A DNA stretch of 64,000 nt from an uncultured archaeon (lineage in GTDB: Archaea; Iainarchaeota; Iainarchaeia; Iainarchaeales; VGJJ01). The stretch covers positions 768-64,767 of the forward strand of contig CAYIIU010000002.1 of the NCBI GenBank assembly GCA_964363635.1, written 5' to 3'. Both the position numbers and the translations under genes were made by a program. Below are positions 41,931 through 50,869 of the stretch, piece by piece (the stretch's first letter is position 1; every line of letters starts with the position of its first letter). A model generated the notes under the pieces. The model had not been told where the DNA came from. It did no database searches and saw only the letters and a list, made by a program, of their open reading frames with translations.

Positions 41931-42851
41931 ATGCTTTCGCGCGAGGAGAATGAACTCGTATGCGGTGTGCTTGAATTATTTTACCAGCTGGATGCAGAAA
42001 AGCAAACCGAGATCGATTTGAGTCGGATGTTGGAGGGGTATTGCACCGCGCATCATGTTCGACTGGATGATGACCAGCGGACGTACGTGCTTTCTATCCT
42101 TGACCAGCATGCGCTGCAAGCCGGGCCATTGACACCGCTGCTCGCCAATCCACACTTGGAGGAAATTACCATCGGTGGGGTTGGACGTGAACACCCGGTG
42201 CGCGTGTACCACATTGAATGCGGGTGGGTGGACACACCCTTGTATTTCTCCGATGAAAACGTGCTCATCACTTTGCTCAACCGACTCGTACTCGCGAGCG
42301 GAAAACGATTGAGTGCGCACACGCCTATTTTGAACGCGCAACTGGGGGGCGGGCATCGCTTGCACGCGTCTATTTCCCCCGTGTGTGCGTCGCGCGTGGA
42401 AGCGAGCATTCGAAAGTATGTGGTGCGTGCTCTCCGTCCGCGTGATTTGCTTTCGACGGGAGTTATTTCTCCCGATGCGTTAGCGTATGTCGTGTTGGCA
42501 TTGCAATCCGATTGCAATTTGTTGATTGTAGGAAACACGGGAAGCGGGAAGACTACTACTCTCAACGCGTTGTTGGGATGCCTTTCTCCGCGTGAAAGGG
42601 TTATTTTGGTTGAAGAAACCCCCGAGCTGCATGTTTCACACGAACACGTGGTGCGACTGACTCCCTCTGCACATGAAAACACATCCATGTCCGTGCTGAT
42701 CCGCGAAACATTGCGCATGCGACCCGATCGTGTCGTGGTGGGGGAGATTCGATTTCCAGAGGAAGCAAGGGCATTCATGGAATCCGTGCTCGCGGGGCAG
42801 GGAAAGGGAACATACACGGGGTTTATGTCAAGTAAAAACCCGTCTTTTTGA
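41931..42851 (+). pseudogene. Type II/IV secretion-family ATPase (FlaI/PilB/VirB11-like), apparently 3'-truncated
   Basis: Walker A is LLIVGNTGSGKTTTLNAL, Asp box ILVEETPEL, Walker B region RMRPDRVVVGEIR. The ORF stops about 25 aa after this (..AGQGKGTYTGFMSSKNPSF*), where homologs continue for a further C-terminal lobe. Composition shifts immediately downstream. Confidence 0.6.
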
Positions 42852-42995
42852 TTCAAAGTACGGTATAAAAAAAAGCACAAGTTTGATGTAATTGGAGAAT
42901 TTATAGATTACTTTCCTGATTGTCATGTACATAAATCCGATCTTTTAATCCTCTTGATTCTGAACTAAAGACGATTATCCGTCTATCATCATTTT

Positions 42996-43139
42996 TTATT
43001 TATTCTCTTCTGGGATGGAGTGGCGAATAATATCCAAATTACATGACTGGTGGGTACTGCACCATTTGTTACATTTCTTTACCCACTTTTTTTCTTTATA
43101 GTATAATTTGCATTCCATGCATTGATATTTTTTGGTCAT
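42996..43139 (-). CDS. Small Cys-rich protein (47 aa), not in the ORF track
   Basis: My own translation is MTKKYQCMECKLYYKEKKWVKKCNKWCSTHQSCNLDIIRHSIPEENK. It has a CxxC plus three further Cys and one His, and begins 5 nt after the multicopper oxidase stop. Confidence 0.45.
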   Translation of the reverse strand: MTKKYQCMECKLYYKEKKWVKKCNKWCSTHQSCNLDIIRHSIPEENK

Positions 43140-43143
43140 CCGT

Positions 43144-44745
43144 TCACTCTACCATGACGGAAGTCATCATTTCTGAGGAAAGGTGCTCTGCAATGTGGCA
43201 GTGGAGCATCCATTCTCCCGGGTTGGTGAATTCTACGAGCAATTCTACTTCTTCTCCTTGTGGAATTAAGACCGTGTCTTTCCAAACCAAGTGCTGATTT
43301 GTTTTCCCATTTTGGGTTAATACGAGAAATCTGTTTCCGTGTAAGTGAATGGGGTGTTGCATGGGGTGAGAGGATTCGGACAAATTTTTGATACGAATTT
43401 TTTTGATGTCTCCTTTTTTTACGTTCCAATTAAAATCCATGTTTTCTTTTTTTGTTTTTTCGTCTCGAATAATCCATGTGACTTCTTCATTTGTGGTAAT
43501 GGCATTTACTCCTTCCATTTCGTCTTCCCATTCGATCGTGCTTTGTTCCGTGTGCCCCATTCCTTGTTTCATTTCCATTCCGCCGTGCTGCATATTTTTC
43601 ATCATTGTATCCATGACCGGCCAACGAATCGTTAATTCGTATGTTTGGGCAACGGGATCATCAAAATATTCCCTATATTGTTCAATGTCAGCCTGAGCTT
43701 CAAGATTTGCCTCGAGATTCAGCGTTTGATTTTCGCCGCTATTTTCCTTTATTTGGAATTTTGCCAATATTGTTTTGGCAACCGGTGTATCATTTGTCAA
43801 CATATACTCTCCTGGATTTTGGAATACCACATCAATAATAGCTCTTTCCGATGGTGCCAAAATAATTTCGTTTGTTAAAAATGGTTGGCCGAATTTTCCA
43901 ACATCTGCACCAACAGATTTTATTTTAGCACCCGAAATGGTTAATCGGTAGGGGCGAACATTGCTTGTGTTCAACAAGTATAGTCTATTTATCGTATTTG
44001 CGTTCAGGGATAAGGAATAATCCGTTTTTCCATTTACTAGAAACGTGTTGCCGAATCGGCCCATTACTGCAAAATTGGTTTCCTTTTCTGGAAAGGGGGC
44101 AATTTGATTATTTTCCATGCGAATATCATCAATCACGAGAACGTTTTCAGTGTAGACGGGCTCGCCTTCTGCTGACGAAACGAGGATGGCCCCATATAAC
44201 CCCAGTTCCTGCTGCATGTCTTCCCGCACATGAGGGTGGTACCAAAATAATCCTTCATCGGGAAAATCGAGCGTGTACGTGAAGGATTCTCCCGGCAAAA
44301 CTTCTTCCTGTGTGACCCCGGGGACACCGTCGTTTTTATTTTCCAATCGGAGACCATGCCAGTGAACGGTGGTAGGTTTGTCAATGTTGTTCGTGAATTG
44401 GACCGTTATTCGGTCTCCTTTTTTTACTTTGATGAGGGGCCCGGGAATTTGTTGGTTATACGCATAACCGTAAACCGTTTTTCCGCCAATTTCATATTGC
44501 ACGATTTCCGCACTCAAGGCAAATGTGGAACCGGTTTCCAGTTTGGCCTCTCTTGCCGGGAGAAGTTCAACGTATTTTCCAGGCAAATATACGTCCCCAA
44601 CGTTATATCCTGGATAAGGGTCATTGGATTGATTGACAATCGGTGTTTGGTTATTGAGAAAAAAGAATGCAGCGATTCCAATCAGCAATACTCCTGCCAG
44701 AATTATCGGCCATTGGCTTGGTAGTGTTTTCAATTCGTGCTTCAT
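43144..44745 (-). CDS. Multicopper oxidase (CopA/CueO-like)
   Basis: Copper-ligand motifs are TVHWHGLRL, WYHPHV, HPIHLHG and HCHIAEHLSSEMM. An N-terminal TM or signal segment is present. Confidence 0.9.
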   Translation of the reverse strand: MKHELKTLPSQWPIILAGVLLIGIAAFFFLNNQTPIVNQSNDPYPGYNVGDVYLPGKYVELLPAREAKLETGSTFALSAEIVQYEIGGKTVYGYAYNQQIPGPLIKVKKGDRITVQFTNNIDKPTTVHWHGLRLENKNDGVPGVTQEEVLPGESFTYTLDFPDEGLFWYHPHVREDMQQELGLYGAILVSSAEGEPVYTENVLVIDDIRMENNQIAPFPEKETNFAVMGRFGNTFLVNGKTDYSLSLNANTINRLYLLNTSNVRPYRLTISGAKIKSVGADVGKFGQPFLTNEIILAPSERAIIDVVFQNPGEYMLTNDTPVAKTILAKFQIKENSGENQTLNLEANLEAQADIEQYREYFDDPVAQTYELTIRWPVMDTMMKNMQHGGMEMKQGMGHTEQSTIEWEDEMEGVNAITTNEEVTWIIRDEKTKKENMDFNWNVKKGDIKKIRIKNLSESSHPMQHPIHLHGNRFLVLTQNGKTNQHLVWKDTVLIPQGEEVELLVEFTNPGEWMLHCHIAEHLSSEMMTSVMVE

Positions 44746-45173
44746 TTCACCACCTCAATCGTCCCTTTAAACATTTTCATCGAGCAATGAAAAGGAAATT
44801 TTCCTGATTTATCGGGAGTAAACTCGATGAGAGTTTCTCCTTGCGCGGGTGCTAGTTTTCGAACCTTGTATTCGGGAAAAATTATTTCATGACCGCACGC
44901 GGCACCCGCGTCGACTGAAAAGTGAATCCGAACCGGAATTCCTTTCTTTACCGTCAAAAAGTTTGGTTCGTATGTTCCAAATTCGGTTGCTTTGAGAAAA
45001 ACATCCTGCTTGCCATCTACAATAGGAGGAAGGGATAAAACGCCGTTGGAAGAAGGGGTTGTTTTTTCGGTCGTTTTTCCCGTTGGAGTAGCTGTTGCAC
45101 TTATCATTAAGAATATCCCAATAATGATGGCAATTCCCATTCCGATTACGATTTGTTTTTGGTCCATCCGCAT
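44742..45173 (-). CDS. Cupredoxin-like domain protein
   Basis: It has an N-terminal TM helix and the C-terminal FPFHCSMKMFKGTIEVV plus an upstream GAACGHE, a type-1 copper-like ligand pattern. A 4-nt overlap links it to the MCO gene. Confidence 0.75.
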   Translation of the reverse strand: MRMDQKQIVIGMGIAIIIGIFLMISATATPTGKTTEKTTPSSNGVLSLPPIVDGKQDVFLKATEFGTYEPNFLTVKKGIPVRIHFSVDAGAACGHEIIFPEYKVRKLAPAQGETLIEFTPDKSGKFPFHCSMKMFKGTIEVVK

Positions 45174-45180
45174 TCCTCCA

Positions 45181-45663
45181 TTATTTATTCACGTTATACT
45201 CGTTTACTTTCTTCGACTTGAAAAAACCAAGCGTTGGTAATCGGATACACTTTTTGGTCCATTGAAAATAAAAAAAGAGTAAAAACAATCCAATGGAAAC
45301 GATTCCTAAAAAAGGTCGCAAAGGTTCAATCGTTGAAAGGATGAAAGGGAAACCCAACGCGGCGACCAATAGATAATTACAGATGGGGCATGCAAAGGAT
45401 ATGAATCCAGCAACCGAAGCAACGCCAATCGGAAGATTTGTTTTAGGTTGGTTTGAAAAAGATAGGTAAAACGCTAGTAACCCGCTTATGATTACTAAAA
45501 ACGCATAATCAAGCAGGGTAGCCGGAACCATTCTCACATACTGAATAATGGGATTGGGTATGAGCGCTGTCGGAGTTCCAAATAATAAGACAAGTCCAAT
45601 CCAAAGCGCAAAAAAAACAAGGAACGGCTTCATTTTTTCCAATAAAAAAGGAGTTGATTTCAT
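45181..45663 (-). CDS. Polytopic membrane protein with an intramembrane CxxC
   Basis: About 5 TM helices. It contains FACPICNYLLVAALGFPF and is a distant paralog of 46276..46731 (VAQCPACASLGALFLPL). Confidence 0.6.
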   Translation of the reverse strand: MKSTPFLLEKMKPFLVFFALWIGLVLLFGTPTALIPNPIIQYVRMVPATLLDYAFLVIISGLLAFYLSFSNQPKTNLPIGVASVAGFISFACPICNYLLVAALGFPFILSTIEPLRPFLGIVSIGLFLLFFYFQWTKKCIRLPTLGFFKSKKVNEYNVNK

Positions 45664-46283
45664 GCAGACTCTTCTATAGTTTCGAGTCGAATCGTGTATT
45701 TGTCTCCCTCACGGATAACTCGGTTTTCAAATTCCGTGTTTTCTTTTCCGTTCACTAAAAAGACCATTTTGGTTAATGTTTCTCCATTTGCACACGTGTC
45801 TCCAATCTTTTTTCCATTAAATTCATTGGCATTGAAAGTCGTTCCAAGTCGTTGAATAAACTTTCCCAACGTAATCTGTTCAGGGGTGGCCGCTGCACCC
45901 TCGACATGAATTCGCTGATCATCATGCGTGTGTAGGAGGTGGTCAACGATGGGGGCATTGGGAATAATGTACGGTTGGCCGCACACGCTGGCTTCTAAGT
46001 CCGCGTGCCAATGCACGTTTCCGGTTGGAAACTGCATTCCTTCAATATTGAGCAATGTTTTAGGAGTATTGCCATTTGCATTTAGAATTCCGCTGGCAAG
46101 CACGGCAACACCGAGACCCAGAATCAAAACGATAAGGATAGGAATTTTCCATTTCGTTAAAATGGGGTTAGGTTGTCTTTCCGCGGGCATTGTTTCCGGG
46201 TGCTTGGCCTTCCGATGCATGGAAAGCGCGTCCGCGTTGGAGAATGATTTTTGGCACTTGTCACAGCTGTTTTCTTCACTCAT
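45660..46283 (-). CDS. C2H2 zinc-finger - TM - extracytoplasmic HWHA-domain protein
   Basis: CDKCQKSFSNADALSMHRKAKH fits C-x2-C-x12-H-x4-H. It is followed by the TM helix IPILIVLILGLGVAVLASGIL and the domain VHWHADLEASVCGQPY...HTHDDQRIHVEG, which is shared with 48548..49459. Confidence 0.65.
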   Translation of the reverse strand: MSEENSCDKCQKSFSNADALSMHRKAKHPETMPAERQPNPILTKWKIPILIVLILGLGVAVLASGILNANGNTPKTLLNIEGMQFPTGNVHWHADLEASVCGQPYIIPNAPIVDHLLHTHDDQRIHVEGAAATPEQITLGKFIQRLGTTFNANEFNGKKIGDTCANGETLTKMVFLVNGKENTEFENRVIREGDKYTIRLETIEESA

Positions 46284-46731
46284 TTTTGAATGCTCCCAAA
46301 TAGTTCAACGTGAAAACGAGCAAGACGATGCTGGCAAGTGTAATGTATGTTCCATAGGTGGCTAAGAAATTTATTGCGGATAGAGGGAGGAATAATGCGC
46401 CTAAGGATGCGCATGCCGGACATTGAGCGACTAAAAAAGTTCCCATGGTTCCAAATCCAGTGGTTCCCGTTCCAACCATTCGTTCATTGGTTGAACATGT
46501 ACCTGGTTTTTTCCATAAACTGATTTGATACGATAACGTGACTCCGAATAATAGTGAAAAGAGCATGGTTAATGCTAAATTTAGTGGAGGAACCGATGCA
46601 AACCACACTCCCAAATTTTCTATAATCCCCAATACTTGAGTATAGGTATAGAGAGCAAACATGGTCAGACTAGCGAGGAGGGCGATTCCCGCGTAACGCG
46701 GATGGGCGAGTACGCGGAATAATCTAACCAT
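46276..46731 (-). CDS. Polytopic membrane protein with an intramembrane CxxC
   Basis: About 4-5 TM helices with FLVAQCPACASLGALFLPL. Confidence 0.6.
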   Translation of the reverse strand: MVRLFRVLAHPRYAGIALLASLTMFALYTYTQVLGIIENLGVWFASVPPLNLALTMLFSLLFGVTLSYQISLWKKPGTCSTNERMVGTGTTGFGTMGTFLVAQCPACASLGALFLPLSAINFLATYGTYITLASIVLLVFTLNYLGAFKNE

Positions 46732-46749
46732 GTTTTACTCCCTAAAGCA

Positions 46750-47562
46750 TCATTCGAGCGACTGGATGGCCTGTTGAAATACCGTGTACGGTTGGGCTCC
46801 CACGATGAGTTTTCCAGTTCCATCGGCTTTTCCTAGGAAAAACCCGGGTGTTCCCGTTATTCCAACGCTGCCGCCTTCACTGAAGTTGGCCTGAATTTCA
46901 TTGGAGTATTTGTTATCGCCCACGCACTGGTCGAACGTTGTCGAGTTGAGACCAATTTCGGCACCCCATTTCTTGATGTCCGTTGCCGTGTAATCTTGGA
47001 CGGTTCCTTGTCCTTTCTTGTCTTGTTCGACAAAGATTTTGTCGTGCATTTCCCAATATTTTCCTTGGTCGCTCGCGCAGCGTGCCGCGTTTGCGTAAGG
47101 GATAGCCATCGGATGAAAACTAAGCGGGAAGTCCTTGTAGACCAGTTTTACTTTTCCAGTATCAATGTAATCCTTTTGTAAATTTCCTTTTACATCGTTA
47201 AACCATTTCCTACAAAAGGGACACTGATAATCTGAATATTCTACGAGAACAATTGGCGCATCCGATTTTCCAAGTGTTGCGGCCGCATTTTTGACTAACT
47301 CACTCATTTGAGCGGTTGGTGCGGGTGCGGATGGCGGATTTAAATTGCCAGATGGAGCCGTTGGAAGATTGTTTCCCCCCGTGTTTCCTCCGCCTTGAAT
47401 GCTTAAACCATTTAGCCCAGTAGTGAGCGCGCTCGCGGCAGTTATCATTGAATACCCTACAACCACGGCGGCCAGGAGGATGCTCATGGATAGAATTATT
47501 TCAGGTGATATCGTGTTTTCCTTTTTGTGATGAATGGGTGCTAATCCCTCATGTTCAGTCAT
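46750..47562 (-). CDS. DsbA-family thiol:disulfide oxidoreductase (membrane-anchored)
   Basis: The thioredoxin active site is YSDYQCPFCRKW. There is an N-terminal TM helix and a C-terminal GTPGFFLG. Confidence 0.85.
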   Translation of the reverse strand: MTEHEGLAPIHHKKENTISPEIILSMSILLAAVVVGYSMITAASALTTGLNGLSIQGGGNTGGNNLPTAPSGNLNPPSAPAPTAQMSELVKNAAATLGKSDAPIVLVEYSDYQCPFCRKWFNDVKGNLQKDYIDTGKVKLVYKDFPLSFHPMAIPYANAARCASDQGKYWEMHDKIFVEQDKKGQGTVQDYTATDIKKWGAEIGLNSTTFDQCVGDNKYSNEIQANFSEGGSVGITGTPGFFLGKADGTGKLIVGAQPYTVFQQAIQSLE

Positions 47563-47843
47563 TTAGTATCTCCCTCCATGGGTTGACAAATTAAAGTGCA
47601 CTTTACATTGTTTGGTCCAACTTTGTTTTCAGAAAAACTGATGGTCATTCCACTGGAAGAGGATACTTCTGTGGTGGGTTTGTATTCTAGAAAAACGGTG
47701 CTCGATTCATGGTTATCGAGCGATACCATTATTTTAGTCATTGAATTATCTGTCGGGTTTGAAGTGAGTCCTAATCCGATAGCCATGATTGCAAGAACGA
47801 GTACACTCAGTATGCCAATGGGGAGATAATTTTCGGGTTCCAT
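47559..47843 (-). CDS. Small membrane-anchored hypothetical protein
   Basis: 94 aa with an N-terminal TM helix and a 4-nt overlap with the dsbA-like gene. Confidence 0.45.
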   Translation of the reverse strand: MEPENYLPIGILSVLVLAIMAIGLGLTSNPTDNSMTKIMVSLDNHESSTVFLEYKPTTEVSSSSGMTISFSENKVGPNNVKCTLICQPMEGDTK

Positions 47844-47918
47844 ACCAAATCTAATGTAACCTTAATGTATCCATATATTTAACTCTTATGGTGGCTTGAT
47901 AGGAATAGGTGATCTTGA

Positions 47919-48215
47919 ATGGCACTGCCACTATTATTTTGGGTGACCACATTATTCTTTGTCGTGGCGCTTTATCTTACGTTTAAACTTTCGCGTGAGG
48001 TGAAAGGGGAACATTACTGGATTTTCTTTTCGGTGGGCATTATTGGCTTTGCCATCACACACTTTGCCACTGTCCCAGGGTTATTGGGATTGAGTGCAGA
48101 TACCTTGGATACACTGCATGAACTTGGGGAAATTGTTGGGGCATTCGCTCTAGCGTACGCGAGCTACGGATTGTATTCTTCGCTTAAGCACATTCGGAAA
48201 CGATTGGCGGAGTAA
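47919..48215 (+). CDS. Three-TM hypothetical membrane protein
   Basis: 98 aa with three hydrophobic helices, upstream of a wHTH gene. Confidence 0.5.
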   Translation: MALPLLFWVTTLFFVVALYLTFKLSREVKGEHYWIFFSVGIIGFAITHFATVPGLLGLSADTLDTLHELGEIVGAFALAYASYGLYSSLKHIRKRLAE

Positions 48216-48224
48216 AAGTTTCAC

Positions 48225-48491
48225 ATGAAGTCCGTTCTTTTCTATTGGGGAAAAGGCGCCGATACCCGCGTTGCCATCATCAAAACAATTGGTGTATGTA
48301 ACGAACGAAAGGAGCCGTGTTTTCTCAATCAGATTGCCCAAGCCAATAATCTATCGCACGTCGCAATAATGAAACATTTGTCCCTGTTGATGGAGGAAGG
48401 GTACGTGCGAGAGCTCAACCCGGACGGAAAACCAATATATCTTGAGTTGACTGAAAATGGGAAAAAAATTCTGCGAGAATTCACCAAATAA
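48225..48491 (+). CDS. ArsR-like winged-helix regulator
   Basis: NQIAQANNLSHVAIMKHLSLLMEEGYVRELNPDGKPIYLELTENG. Confidence 0.65.
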   Translation: MKSVLFYWGKGADTRVAIIKTIGVCNERKEPCFLNQIAQANNLSHVAIMKHLSLLMEEGYVRELNPDGKPIYLELTENGKKILREFTK

Positions 48492-48547
48492 TCCTTTTTG
48501 GTAGCTGAAACGAGTCTCTAACGAAGCACCATGTTTTTAAGGAACGG

Positions 48548-49459
48548 TTGGGCATGGGGATGAGTTCATTCGGAAAAAATATTATGAGAAACAATATTCC
48601 AAGCATCGGATTGATTTTAGTTGCTATCCTTTTCATTGGTATAGCCACTAACATGACGTTTGCTCATGAAGGCGAAGAAGACGAAAATGGAATGGAAATA
48701 ATCGAGGAAAACACAACGGCCGCAGCCATCCCTCATCTTGCTGAGCAGTTGAAAGAATGGTCACTGGAAGTAGCCATTGTCGCACTTATCCTCATTATCC
48801 TTCTCGCAGAGTATGCTGTTAAAAAAAATCCACGAAAAGAAAAAGTAAAACGACTATTATTTGGAAGCATGATTGGTATAGGAATTATTTCCACTGTCTT
48901 TTTGGCGGGGGGAACCATTTACTTGAACATTGTTTCCGCGACTAGCGGTCCCGTTCACTGGCATGCCGATTATGAAGTGTGGAATTGCAATGAGCGACTT
49001 GACTTGATTGACCCGGAAGGGTTTTCCAACAAACAGGGAGAAGAAACGATTCATGAACACAACGATGATCGTGCGCACGTGGAAGGAGTGCTCATCGATT
49101 TGCACGATGCCAGTTATCATCGTTATTTTGAGATAATTGGAGCCAAAATGGACGCACGCGGAATGACCTATCCAGCCAACACGGGAGACGTTTTCATGCC
49201 TCGAAAGGGAACCTGTAATGGAGAGCCGGCGGAAATCCAGGGATTTTTATTTCGAGTCAAAAATCCTGAAGAGGCCCAAAAATGGGAATATGAACAAACA
49301 AAAATACCCTACCCCTACAAAGAAATTGTTTCGCCATATGGAAATGTTCCACCGGGGGACTGCCTAATCATCGAATACGGGCCCCTAAAAGAAAAAACCG
49401 AGCACATCTGCGCCTCCTACAAAGTAGCCGAGCAACGGGGGGACCTAAATGGCCGTTGA
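48548..49459 (+). CDS. Membrane protein with an extracytoplasmic HWHA domain (paralog of the 45660..46283 C-terminal domain)
   Basis: PVHWHADYEVWNCNERLDL...ETIHEHNDDRAHVEGV follows TM helices and an acidic HEGEEDENG segment. Confidence 0.6.
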   Translation: MGMGMSSFGKNIMRNNIPSIGLILVAILFIGIATNMTFAHEGEEDENGMEIIEENTTAAAIPHLAEQLKEWSLEVAIVALILIILLAEYAVKKNPRKEKVKRLLFGSMIGIGIISTVFLAGGTIYLNIVSATSGPVHWHADYEVWNCNERLDLIDPEGFSNKQGEETIHEHNDDRAHVEGVLIDLHDASYHRYFEIIGAKMDARGMTYPANTGDVFMPRKGTCNGEPAEIQGFLFRVKNPEEAQKWEYEQTKIPYPYKEIVSPYGNVPPGDCLIIEYGPLKEKTEHICASYKVAEQRGDLNGR

Positions 49460-50159
49460 AGCATTCCTGCCAACCCTTGGAACAGTTGTCGTTACAGCCG
49501 CCATTGATTCCATTAATCCCTGTGCCATCGGAGTATTGATTCTCATGGTTTCCGTTTTGGTCGGAAAAAAGAAAAACACGCGAGAAATGCTATTCTTTGG
49601 AGGAATGTACATTGCGGCAGTATACGTGACCTACCTCCTCGCCGGACTAGGACTAATGTATTTTCTATCCAGCATTCCGCTATGGATATCCGAGTACATC
49701 TCTATCGCTGTCGGTTTAATTGTCATTTTTGCGGGATTCCTTGAGATAAAAGATTTCTTTTGGTATGGAAAAGGATTCTCGCTCCAAATACCACCCCAAT
49801 ATGCGAGTAAAATTAACAAATACGCGGAAAACGTGACACTACCCGGAGTCATATTCTTAGGAGTATTCGTGGCAGGAGTCGAACTACCATGCACGGGAGC
49901 CCCCTACCTTGCCATTATCGCTCTTTTATCTCAAAACTTTGACACCACGGCCTTCCTCTATCTGCTCATATACAATCTTATTTTTGTAGCCCCGCTAATT
50001 TTTATTTTGGTGGCAGTCGCCATGGGACAAAAATTATCGGTGTTCAAAAAGTGGAAACAGGAAAACAGAGGATACATGCGCTTGGCCATTGGAATCATGC
50101 TCATCGCAATGGGTTGGCTGCTTATCCTGATTGCAAACGGGACCATTAACTTGGGGTAA
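49449..50159 (+). CDS. CcdA/DsbD-family transmembrane thiol electron transporter
   Basis: About 6 TM helices with conserved Cys in TM1 (DSINPCAIGVL) and TM4 (VELPCTGAPY). Confidence 0.75.
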   Translation: MAVEAFLPTLGTVVVTAAIDSINPCAIGVLILMVSVLVGKKKNTREMLFFGGMYIAAVYVTYLLAGLGLMYFLSSIPLWISEYISIAVGLIVIFAGFLEIKDFFWYGKGFSLQIPPQYASKINKYAENVTLPGVIFLGVFVAGVELPCTGAPYLAIIALLSQNFDTTAFLYLLIYNLIFVAPLIFILVAVAMGQKLSVFKKWKQENRGYMRLAIGIMLIAMGWLLILIANGTINLG

Positions 50160-50166
50160 TGTAAAA

Positions 50167-50472
50167 ATGACAAAAACTAAATCAAAGCTCCGAAAGTTTG
50201 CCTATCGGCACATCGTCAAACGCCACGGACACTCGGAAAAATTTGACGAGCGAAAAATTTATGCCAGCGTCTATGAAGCCGCACATGTAGCACTGTTATC
50301 CACGAAGCAAGCCGAAAAAATAGCATCCAGCGTTTCCAATCACCTCAAAAAGTTGGTAGAAAAGAAAGATACAGTCAACGCGAAAGAAATACATAAACAA
50401 ACCGTGAAAGAACTCAAAAAACACCATGCGGAAGTCGCATTCATGTATGACACCCACAAAGATATATGCTGA
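50167..50472 (+). CDS. Stand-alone ATP-cone domain protein
   Basis: HIVKRHGHSEKFDERKIYASVYEAA...KEIHKQTVKELKK follows the ATP-cone pattern (V.KR.G..E.F...KI). I trimmed the start to ATG 50167. Confidence 0.55.
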   Translation: MTKTKSKLRKFAYRHIVKRHGHSEKFDERKIYASVYEAAHVALLSTKQAEKIASSVSNHLKKLVEKKDTVNAKEIHKQTVKELKKHHAEVAFMYDTHKDIC

Positions 50473-50486
50473 TATTTCAAAATAGC

Positions 50487-50514
50487 GGATTAATTCGGAT
50501 AGATTTCGGGGAAC
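50487..50514 (+). promoter_or_regulatory. TTCGGA-N-TTCGG motif copy a, upstream of a TATA-like box
   Basis: CGGATTAATTCGGATAGATTTCGGGGAA is followed by TTTTAAAC. Confidence 0.45.
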
Positions 50515-50552
50515 AATTTTAAACAAAAGAAAAATGTCTTAATGTGGAGATT

Positions 50553-50828
50553 ATGAAAACGCATCTACTCGATCCAAAGCAAGTCGCACTCAGTTTAGGA
50601 ATAACGGCAGCAATTGTTCATGCGGTTTGGTCGTTTATTCTTCTAATCGGAGCAGGAAATACGGTGATGAGTACATGGCATCGTCTTTGCTCGTACCAAA
50701 TGCCTTTCCAAGTTCTCCCATTTGATTTGGGAATTGCCATCATTGGATTCATAAGCACGTTAATTCTCTTTGCTGGGCTTGGGTGGTTGTTTGCGTTTGT
50801 TTGGAATTCCATTCAATCAAACCAGTAG
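50553..50828 (+). CDS. Three-TM hypothetical membrane protein
   Basis: I prefer ATG 50553 over the track GTG 50544. A TTTTAAAC box lies about 30 nt upstream. Confidence 0.5.
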   Translation: MKTHLLDPKQVALSLGITAAIVHAVWSFILLIGAGNTVMSTWHRLCSYQMPFQVLPFDLGIAIIGFISTLILFAGLGWLFAFVWNSIQSNQ

Positions 50829-50869
50829 TTAGGAAAGTTGTTTAAGTCGAAACGGGTGAGGAATAGTGC

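Noticed and set aside
42053-42880. A 275-aa minus-strand ORF antisense to the secretion ATPase gene.
   Set aside because: The plus strand carries Walker A, Walker B and Asp-box motifs. The antisense translation is Ser/Arg/Cys-rich with no motif.
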